Shown here: piece by piece, positions 57,081 to 64,000 of the stretch | Layout of the letters: every line of letters starts with the position of its first letter | How positions within the stretch are numbered: position 1 is the first letter of the stretch | NCBI GenBank assembly: GCA_964352025.1 | Contig: CAYGPZ010000009.1 | Span: 26,971 to 90,970 of the forward strand | Length of the DNA stretch: 64,000 bases | Origin: an uncultured Hyphomonadaceae bacterium | GTDB taxonomy: Bacteria > Pseudomonadota > Alphaproteobacteria > Caulobacterales > Hyphomonadaceae | Reading direction: 5' to 3' | Program-made: the position numbers and the translations under genes | Notes under the pieces: model-generated | The model's input: the letters and a program-made list of their open reading frames with translations, nothing else | The model's database searches: none | What the model was told of the DNA's origin: nothing

Positions 57081-57677
57081 ATGACTATTAGACTCGACGA
57101 CGAACAAAACGAAAAGCCACTTGGCGAACCAAATGCGTTTCTTGAGGAAGCGCTATTTAAAGCACGGACTATCTTGCTGACTGGTGGTATTGACGACAAT
57201 CAGGCGCGTCGTGTCTGTGAACGTCTTTTAGCACTTTCTTCTGAAAGCACAGATCCGATCCTGTTAGTGTTGTCTTCACCCGGCGGTCACGTTGAATCAG
57301 GTGACATGATCCACGACATGATCAAGTTCGTGCCCGCAACCGTTAAGGTATTGGGTACGGGATGGGTTGCTTCTGCTGGTGCTCTTATTTATTCGGCAGC
57401 GCAAAAAGAAAACCGCTTTGCTTCACCTAATACTCGCTTCCTTCTTCACGAGCCGCGTGGTGGAGTCGGTGGACAAGCTTCTGATGTTGAGATTCAGGCA
57501 CGTGAAATTATTCGCATGCGTGAGCGTTTGAACAATATTTTCGCTGATGCGACAGGTAAGCCTCTTAAGAAAATCAAGGAAGATACAGATCGTGATTTCT
57601 GGATGAGTGCTGAAGAAGCTGTGAAATATGGTCTTGTTGGCAAGATCGTCACATCACAAAAAGAGATTATGGGTTAA
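57081..57677 (+). CDS. ClpP-family serine protease paralogue (orphan, no clpX adjacent)
   Basis: Aligns by eye to ClpP: SSPGGHVESG, GWVASAGA (Ser), FLLHEPRGG (His), DTDRDFWMSAEEAVKYGLV (Asp). Confidence 0.85.
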   Translation: MTIRLDDEQNEKPLGEPNAFLEEALFKARTILLTGGIDDNQARRVCERLLALSSESTDPILLVLSSPGGHVESGDMIHDMIKFVPATVKVLGTGWVASAGALIYSAAQKENRFASPNTRFLLHEPRGGVGGQASDVEIQAREIIRMRERLNNIFADATGKPLKKIKEDTDRDFWMSAEEAVKYGLVGKIVTSQKEIMG

Positions 57678-57700
57678 ATTCTAAGACCCAAGATAGATTG

Positions 57701-57733
57701 AAAAAGCCGCTCCTATTTGGGGCGGCTTTTTTT
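57701..57733. terminator. Bidirectional rho-independent terminator
   Basis: AAAAA-GCCGCTCC-tattt-GGGGCGGC-TTTTTTT between convergent genes. Confidence 0.8.
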
Positions 57734-57745
57734 ATTCCTAGCGCG

Positions 57746-58777
57746 TTAGCTTTGCGCTTGTGTTTTAGAGAATGTTTTTCGGTTCAATCCTTTGAAAAAG
57801 CCAATGGGCACCGAGATGAGTGCGCAAAATGGGAAAAGCACAAGGAATCCGATGAGCGGCGTATAAAAGGCAATGTCACCCGCAGCCATCGCATCTGTGC
57901 CGTCAAACTCAGTTGAGCCAGCCCAAGCAAATAGGGCCGTCACGACAAGCGTTATGCCCATGACCCAGCGTGTTGGTGAATCAAAGTAGAAAGTTGACTT
58001 TCGTTTCGCCAAACGTCGCCCAGCAACAATAAGGGATCGACCAATTACCAATCCCAATCCTGTAAACAAGAATGCGAGTATTGTGTTCAGCACTAGGTTT
58101 TCTACATCTCCGAGCGTTTCGTCATACATGTCTGAGAAGTGCGCCAGTGCACCTAGGATAACTGCCGCTACGCCTGATATGATGAAGGAGGTAATCCAGA
58201 ACGTACTTAAAAAGCTACGTTGTTTCTTTTCTTCCTTTAGAATTTGCGCGACCGACTTATTATTGGGTTGCGCATTGATACCTGCAGCGATGGTGCTGCG
58301 CTTGATATCAGCAGCAGCTTCCAATGGTGCGCCAAATGGGTTGGTTTCACCTTCGATTGGGGCATCCTCTTCGACGTGACCTGAAGCCGTGCGTCCAACG
58401 AGACCTTCTAGACCAAGCCAGATATCTTCAAGCACACCTTTGTCTTTTCCATCCCATCCCTTCAAAGCGACAGTATGGATTTGACGAAATCCCAAAGGCG
58501 GAAGTGAACCATCAATTGAAATAGGTAAAAGTCTGTTTCTGTCACGTCCAACCGCTGCTTCATCTCTTACCCAGTGAGATGCGCGAGATTTGCCGGACCA
58601 AAGCACGATCACGGCTTTGGCACTGTCGAGCAGTTCTTCGATCATGGTTGTGTAATCATCGCCGGCGATGAGGTCTTTGTCCCACCAAACGTCATAGCCT
58701 TCTTCGATTAAATGTTCGGCTATGATTTTAGCCGCGCCTTTATCGACATGAGAGTAGGATATAAAAACATCCGCCAT
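57746..58777 (-). CDS. TIR domain fused to a four-TM C-terminal module
   Basis: MADVFISYSHVDKGAAKIIAEHLIEEGYDVWWD...AVIVLWSGKSRASHWVRDEA (TIR), then four hydrophobic helices. GGAGA RBS before the ATG at 58777. Confidence 0.8.
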   Translation of the reverse strand: MADVFISYSHVDKGAAKIIAEHLIEEGYDVWWDKDLIAGDDYTTMIEELLDSAKAVIVLWSGKSRASHWVRDEAAVGRDRNRLLPISIDGSLPPLGFRQIHTVALKGWDGKDKGVLEDIWLGLEGLVGRTASGHVEEDAPIEGETNPFGAPLEAAADIKRSTIAAGINAQPNNKSVAQILKEEKKQRSFLSTFWITSFIISGVAAVILGALAHFSDMYDETLGDVENLVLNTILAFLFTGLGLVIGRSLIVAGRRLAKRKSTFYFDSPTRWVMGITLVVTALFAWAGSTEFDGTDAMAAGDIAFYTPLIGFLVLFPFCALISVPIGFFKGLNRKTFSKTQAQS

Positions 58778-58902
58778 TGGCGTATCTCCGTGTGGTTCCA
58801 ACGCATTAACCTTAGCTTCGCGACGTTATTTTGCAAATAAAACTATTATGGCAATCGCCTCGCGCTCTTGCTACGCGCGCCAATAGGTTTTAGGCAGCAC
58901 AG

Positions 58903-59910
58903 ATGAATTATAGACACGCATTTCACGTCGGCAATTTTGCAGACATTCTCAAACACCTTGTCCTAACCTTATGCATTGAGCATTTGAAGAAAAAGGATAA
59001 GCCGTTTCGTTATATCGATTCTCACGCTGGTATTGGTCGTTACGATCTAACTGGCGATGAAGCGAGACGTAGTCCTGAATGGCAAGAAGGTATTGCGCGT
59101 TTATGGGCAGCGTACAAAGCAGACGAAATTCCGGCCGATGTCTTGGAAGTGCTGAAACCGTATTTGGAAGCTGTGTCCGAAATTAATTACGATGCTGACT
59201 TAGATGCTTATCCGGGGTCTCCCGATCTTGCTGCAACTTTGATGCGTGAACAGGATGCATTGCGTCTGACTGAATTGCACCCTGAGGATAAAGAAACGCT
59301 CTCAGATCATTTCTTCCGGGACAAACGCGTCAAGATCGAGAACCGTAATGGGTATGAAGCGCTTAAAGCTTATATGCCGCCACCAGAGCGCCGCGGTGTC
59401 GTGCTTGTCGACCCGCCGTTTGAACACCGCGATGAGCTCGCTCATATGGCGAAGGGCGCAATGGGCGGTATATCGCGCTGGCCAACAGGATGTTTCATTT
59501 TCTGGCGTCCCTTAAAGGATATGGAAAATACAGAGAAATTCGATGATGGTCTCGCAGAGTGGCTGTTGGACGACATGAATTTCTCACCCGAAAAAGTCTT
59601 GCTTGCGGATTTATGGGTCAAAGAAATCGTCGAGCCGGGACCTTTGTGCGGAGCCGGTGTCGTTGTTGTAAATCCACCTTATGGATTGCAGGAAGCGCTC
59701 TTGAAAGTGCTGCCGTGGCTTACAGAGCTATTGCAACAGGATGACGGTGCCGGATGGCGGATAAATGCACCAGAAATCGAACCTGACTATGTCGATGAAG
59801 AACGACTTCAGGACGAAGAAGAACCATCATCTGAATATAATCCAGATGATGGCGATTTTGAATTGGAATCAGAAGACCTTAAAGACTTGGGGCTGTCTGA
59901 AGACAATTAG
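58903..59910 (+). CDS. rlmJ: 23S rRNA (adenine2030-N6)-methyltransferase RlmJ with an acidic C-terminal tail
   Basis: MNYRHAFHVGNFADILKH N-terminus and VLVDPPFE motif typical of RlmJ. Confidence 0.85.
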   Translation: MNYRHAFHVGNFADILKHLVLTLCIEHLKKKDKPFRYIDSHAGIGRYDLTGDEARRSPEWQEGIARLWAAYKADEIPADVLEVLKPYLEAVSEINYDADLDAYPGSPDLAATLMREQDALRLTELHPEDKETLSDHFFRDKRVKIENRNGYEALKAYMPPPERRGVVLVDPPFEHRDELAHMAKGAMGGISRWPTGCFIFWRPLKDMENTEKFDDGLAEWLLDDMNFSPEKVLLADLWVKEIVEPGPLCGAGVVVVNPPYGLQEALLKVLPWLTELLQQDDGAGWRINAPEIEPDYVDEERLQDEEEPSSEYNPDDGDFELESEDLKDLGLSEDN

Positions 59911-59922
59911 CTGTTAATTGCC

Positions 59923-61191
59923 TTATTGCGATTGCGAACCTATTTGGAAAAGTCGTCCTTTTTCCGTGTAGAAGACCAAGCCTAATCCGATAGCAATAGA
60001 GATCGTGTTACCGATATATATTGGTGCGAGTGTTCCATCATACCTACTCGCGATCCAGCCACCAAACAGAGCGGCTAAGAATGCACCGGAAAATCCGTAA
60101 AGTGCAGACGCTGTACCGGCAATGTGACCAACAGGTTCCATCCCGATTGCTGAAAAATTGGGCCCGATAAAGCCAAGACACAGGAATGACAAGAATACGA
60201 ATATGTAGAACAATATGAAGCTCTCATTGCCTGAAGATGCAATGACTGCATATGTCGCGTTCACGCCCAACATCAATATGAGGGAAGCATGAGACAGGCG
60301 CCTCATTCCGTACTTTCCAACCAGTTTGGAATTTAGCAAATTGGCAATTGCCATGCCGAGTGCAGTTCCTGCAAACCAAAGTGGAAAATTGTCTCCCTTG
60401 TGGAATGTTTCGCTATAAATTTGTTCCGATGCGCTGATATAACTAAACAGAGCACCAAAGATAAATGCTGACGAGACTGAGTAACCTACGGCGAGTTTAT
60501 TTGTGAAAAACTCGTGATACGACTTAGCTATTCTCTTTGGCTGAAGAGGGGTTTTGTATTTCGGGTTCAAAGTTTCTGGAAGTCTGAAATAAGACCAGAC
60601 AGTCATGATGCCGCTATAGATGACAAGAGCCCAGAAAATTGTTCGCCAATCACCAAATAGTAGAATGCCTTGACCGATGCTCGGAGCAAGTATCGGAGCC
60701 GCCATAAATATGAGCATGACAATAGACATTATTTCTGCCATCGCGCGACCACTATAGCAGTCTCTAGCAACAGCAGCGGCAACGACGCGAATTGCTCCAG
60801 CTGAAGCCCCTTGCGCTATTCTAGCCCATATCAGCATTTCAAAAGATGGGGCCATAAGACAGGCAATGCTAGCGAGCATGTATACGCTTAAGGAAATGAT
60901 GAGAATTGGCCGACGTCCAAATCGATCAATAAGCGGGCCATAGAATATTTGCGATATTCCCATTCCCATAAGATAAACAATCACCACTTGCTGGCGCAGA
61001 TTGTCATCTTCAAACTTGAACACATTCTGGATGTCACCAAGGGCAGGCAACATAATATCTACAGCAGTCGCATTTAGCGCCATTAGACTTGCAATAATAC
61101 AAACAAATTCCCAAACAGGTAGTCGTTTGAAGTGTAATTCAGGTTCTTGCTTACCTGATTGCTGTTTTGAATTCGCGTTCAAATTGCTCAT
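59923..61191 (-). CDS. MFS transporter, Bcr/CflA-type drug efflux
   Basis: 12 TM helices. GPLIDRFGRRPILI motif between TM2 and TM3. Confidence 0.85.
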   Translation of the reverse strand: MSNLNANSKQQSGKQEPELHFKRLPVWEFVCIIASLMALNATAVDIMLPALGDIQNVFKFEDDNLRQQVVIVYLMGMGISQIFYGPLIDRFGRRPILIISLSVYMLASIACLMAPSFEMLIWARIAQGASAGAIRVVAAAVARDCYSGRAMAEIMSIVMLIFMAAPILAPSIGQGILLFGDWRTIFWALVIYSGIMTVWSYFRLPETLNPKYKTPLQPKRIAKSYHEFFTNKLAVGYSVSSAFIFGALFSYISASEQIYSETFHKGDNFPLWFAGTALGMAIANLLNSKLVGKYGMRRLSHASLILMLGVNATYAVIASSGNESFILFYIFVFLSFLCLGFIGPNFSAIGMEPVGHIAGTASALYGFSGAFLAALFGGWIASRYDGTLAPIYIGNTISIAIGLGLVFYTEKGRLFQIGSQSQ

Positions 61192-61296
61192 ATAGTTCCT
61201 AGTATTGTAAGGTGCCGGGGAACGTAGCCCCGAATTTGAGGCGATAATACATATCGTAGTGAATTTTACGATGCATAAAGGAAATAGATACTGCTT

Positions 61297-62136
61297 ATGA
61301 CACGTTTGAATTGTGCATGTATTCAGGTTTGTGCTTCGGAAAATATCGATGAAAATATTCGATCGGTTACATCCCTCATTAAAGATGCTGCAGCGAATGG
61401 TGCTCAGTTTATTCTGACACCAGAGAATACCAGTTTTATGGACATGCGCTCAGGCGCGACACGTAAAATTGCGGTTCGGCAAGAGGATGATAAATGCCTC
61501 AAAGTGCTAATGCAGCTAGCTAGCGAATTGGAAATCTGGCTGCAGATAGGGTCTTTAGCTGTCTTATCTGAAAGTGGCGAGAAGCTCGCAAACAGATCGT
61601 TTTTGATATCCCCCCAAGGAAAGATCGTCGCTCAATATGATAAAATACATATGTTCGACGTCGATGTCGGAGATGGCCAATCCTATAGAGAGTCCAAAAG
61701 CTTCCAAGCTGGCCAAAATCTAGTTCTTGCGAAAACGGAAATTGCAAATATCGGAATGAGTATTTGCTATGACTTGCGGTTTCCTCACATGTTTCGCGAA
61801 TTAGCTCAAGCGGGTGCGGAATTGATGACGTTGCCTGCTGCTTTTACGAAGATAACAGGACAAGCGCATTGGCATTCGCTGATCCGAGCGCGCGCTATAG
61901 AGAATGGCGTATTTATCTTAGCTGCAGGACAAGGGGGCACACATGCCGATGGTCGGGAAACGTTTGGGCATTCTATGATTGTATCTCCATGGGGAGAGGT
62001 TCTGGCTGAGGCAGATACCGAGCCGTGTTTCATAAATGCTGAAATCGATCTGGATATGGTATCCAGCGTACGCAAAAGCCTGCCATCGCTAAAGCATGAC
62101 CGTGAGTTTGAGTTGACCGTCAAAGACGTTAACTAG
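61297..62136 (+). CDS. Carbon-nitrogen hydrolase (nitrilase superfamily) protein
   Basis: Glu-Lys-Cys triad contexts: ILTPENTSF, YDKIHMFD, MSICYDLRFP. Confidence 0.85.
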   Translation: MTRLNCACIQVCASENIDENIRSVTSLIKDAAANGAQFILTPENTSFMDMRSGATRKIAVRQEDDKCLKVLMQLASELEIWLQIGSLAVLSESGEKLANRSFLISPQGKIVAQYDKIHMFDVDVGDGQSYRESKSFQAGQNLVLAKTEIANIGMSICYDLRFPHMFRELAQAGAELMTLPAAFTKITGQAHWHSLIRARAIENGVFILAAGQGGTHADGRETFGHSMIVSPWGEVLAEADTEPCFINAEIDLDMVSSVRKSLPSLKHDREFELTVKDVN

Positions 62137-62314
62137 CGATACACCACAGGCCTGTGCATATTCCTGTTGCGAGTTGAAAAACAACATCTAGTGCACCGCC
62201 AATCAATAAAATTGGAAGGCCAACCCAGAGAAATGCCAGCCATATCGCCATAGGGGTTATGCGTGGCTCTTTAAGTGTATAGCCGGAGATCGTTTTTACT
62301 TTCGGTTTGGCCAT
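62129..62314 (-). CDS. Small hydrophobic protein (61 aa)
   Basis: Two predicted TM helices. Overlaps the 3' end of the nitrilase gene by 8 nt. Weak support. Confidence 0.35.
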   Translation of the reverse strand: MAKPKVKTISGYTLKEPRITPMAIWLAFLWVGLPILLIGGALDVVFQLATGICTGLWCIAS

Positions 62315-62394
62315 ATGTAATATTGCCTTTCATCGCAGAACAGTAGAGTGTAAGCGGGTTCACTGTTAACCATAACTGACTAATAATTTGTTTC

Positions 62395-63345
62395 ATGAAT
62401 GATGTCCTCCAGGTTCGTTGGAACCAAATTGAACGAACTCAATGGGATTTAGCGCACGCCAATGCATGCGCTGCCTATCAGCAGGATTGGGCGTATGGCG
62501 ACGTTCTTGAAAAGCAAGGCGCGAAAGTCTGGCGCGCATCTGTTTCCGGTGAGGATGATTCACTTATCGCGTTAGCGCAGATTATTTCTCGGCCATTCGC
62601 TGTTTTAGGACAGTTTGCATTGTGCACGCATGGGCCAATTTGGCTGGAAGATGTCAACGCGGAAAGCAAGCGTTTTGTTTATAGAGCCTTGAGCAATGCT
62701 ATCCCCGTAAAGTGGCCGAGGCTTGTGGTGTTTACACCTGATGAGCCTCATGACGCCGTTAAGCCCATTTCCAAAATTAACAGAGTTATGACTGGCGAGG
62801 CAACTGTCCGTATAAATTTAGAGCAGGATACTGAATCTTTGCGTCTAGCAATGGATCAAAAATGGCGAAACCGCCTGGTTGCCGCTGAAAAGTCTGATCT
62901 GAAGTTTGTGAAGGGTGGCTCAAAACCTGCTCAATATCGTTGGCTCTTGGATTTGGAAGAAACGCAGAGAGAAAAACGTGGATATAAAGCCTTACCTGCA
63001 GCGCTGACTTTGGATTGGCAAATGTCTAAGTCGACAGGTTCAAAGGTCAATGAAATGCAGGGTGTTTCGGTCTATCGAGCAGATAAAGGTAAGGATTGTG
63101 CCGGTGCGATGCTCGTCTTGGAGCATGGGGCAATGGCAACATATCATATAGGCTGGTCGTCCGAAGATGGACGCAAGCAAGGAGCACACAATCTATGCTT
63201 ATGGAATGCATGTTTGGATTTAAAAGCGCGTGGTTTTAAGCGTTTTGACCTTGGTGGTGTGAATACACAATCAGGTGCGGGTATTGCTCGTTTTAAAATA
63301 GGCACAGGCGGTGAAGTATTTCAGCGCGCCGGTGCCTTCGTTTAA
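62395..63345 (+). CDS. FemAB-like / GNAT-fold acyltransferase
   Basis: C-terminal block GAMATYHIGWSSEDGRKQGAHNLCLWNACLDLKARGFKRFDLGGV resembles the FemAB/BioF2-like acetyltransferase family. Confidence 0.6.
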   Translation: MNDVLQVRWNQIERTQWDLAHANACAAYQQDWAYGDVLEKQGAKVWRASVSGEDDSLIALAQIISRPFAVLGQFALCTHGPIWLEDVNAESKRFVYRALSNAIPVKWPRLVVFTPDEPHDAVKPISKINRVMTGEATVRINLEQDTESLRLAMDQKWRNRLVAAEKSDLKFVKGGSKPAQYRWLLDLEETQREKRGYKALPAALTLDWQMSKSTGSKVNEMQGVSVYRADKGKDCAGAMLVLEHGAMATYHIGWSSEDGRKQGAHNLCLWNACLDLKARGFKRFDLGGVNTQSGAGIARFKIGTGGEVFQRAGAFV

Positions 63346-63349
63346 GTGA

Positions 63350-64000
63350 TTAAACGTTGAATTTAAAGAGCATGACATCACCATCTTGGACGATGTATTC
63401 TTTACCTTCTTGGCGAACCTTACCGGCTTCTTTTGCGCCTTGCTCACCATTGTATTTTACGTAGTCTTCATACGCAGTGGTTTCAGCGCGGATAAAGCCT
63501 TTTTCAAAGTCACCGTGGATTACACCAGCAGCTTTGGGAGCTGTGCAACCTTCAGGGATTGTCCAAGCACGTGTTTCTTGCGGGCCACATGTGAAATAGG
63601 TTTGAAGGTTTAGAAGTTTGTAACCAGCGTGGATGACGCGGTTTAGGCCTGGCTCTTCCAGACCAAGTGTTTCTAAAAATTCGTCAGCTTCTTCATCATC
63701 TAGAACAGCAATTTCACTTTCGATTTTCGCCGAAATAGCAACAGCTTGTGCGCCTTCTTTTTCTGCATGAGCGAACACTTTAGCAGAGAAATCATTTCCG
63801 TCTGCCGCACTGTCTTCATCTACATTGGCAATGTAGAAAACAGGCTTAGATGTGAGCAGTTGAAGCATACGCCATGCTTTTTGCGTATCAGCATCATCTG
63901 GGATGTCAGCCGCACGTGCCGGTTTACCATCCTCAAGCTGCGCCATTGCGAGATCTATAAGTTCTAAAGTGAGCTTTGCGTCTTTATCGCTTCCGCGAGC
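63350..64000 (-). CDS. ychF: Redox-regulated ATPase YchF (C-terminal part; gene runs off the window)
   Basis: [42 protein letters not shown], and C-terminal [11 protein letters not shown]. Confidence 0.9.
   Translation of the reverse strand, partial: ARGSDKDAKLTLELIDLAMAQLEDGKPARAADIPDDADTQKAWRMLQLLTSKPVFYIANVDEDSAADGNDFSAKVFAHAEKEGAQAVAISAKIESEIAVLDDEEADEFLETLGLEEPGLNRVIHAGYKLLNLQTYFTCGPQETRAWTIPEGCTAPKAAGVIHGDFEKGFIRAETTAYEDYVKYNGEQGAKEAGKVRQEGKEYIVQDGDVMLFKFNV

Noticed and set aside
59740-59910. A ~55-aa highly acidic C-terminal tail on RlmJ (EIEPDYVDEERLQDEEEPSSEYNPDDGDFELESEDLKDLGLSEDN).
   Set aside because: It is probably a lineage-specific low-complexity extension. I have no basis for proposing a function.
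1-64000. I looked for CRISPR arrays, IS elements or transposases, integrases, rRNA genes, prophage structural genes and toxin-antitoxin pairs.
   Set aside because: No regularly spaced direct repeats, no transposase- or integrase-like translations, and no rRNA-like sequence were seen. The only mobile-element signature is the integrase-less att-like duplication at the tRNA.

Overview
This 64-kb window looks like chromosomal DNA from a moderately AT-rich alphaproteobacterium. That assignment is an inference from four things: a GAAC-N7-GAAC LexA box in front of imuA-imuB-dnaE2, a petABC (cytochrome bc1) operon, yqeY-dnaG-rpoD synteny, and a MoxR/DUF58/DUF4159 operon next to DUF1285-nudix-CCA genes.

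Most of the window is core housekeeping: carA, dnaG, rpoD, panD, hemF, trmL, petABC, mtnP, apt, rlmJ, ychF and others. I found no rRNA, CRISPR array, IS element or integrase.

Four accessory or unusual patches stand out.

1. 10699-13544, directly after rpoD. It holds a secreted ORF that looks more AT-rich by eye, plus a 713-aa protein with a central TIR domain between two domains I cannot recognise.
2. About 19900-22450. This AT-rich patch holds a 2TM/beta-rich orphan protein and an epimerase gene bracketed by two copies of the same terminator hairpin. A decayed copy of the 3' end of the neighbouring SIMPL gene is also present.
3. 23384-30369. This is a 6.96-kb segment bounded by a perfect 24-nt direct repeat of the 3' end of tRNA-Met(CAT). 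GTGGGAC repeats resembling arm-type sites sit just inside both ends. The cargo points to phosphate scavenging: a DeoR regulator, a TonB-dependent receptor, a Tat-lipoprotein PhoD, and a 12-TM transporter broken by one in-frame TAG. There is no integrase.
4. 57081-58777. An orphan ClpP paralogue converges on a TIR domain fused to four transmembrane helices.

The two TIR proteins are my best candidates for undescribed single-gene NADase or defence-type systems, but this is inference only.

All calls come from reading the ORF translations and the sequence by eye. No searches or computations were run. Hand-mapped motif coordinates may be off by 1-2 nt.
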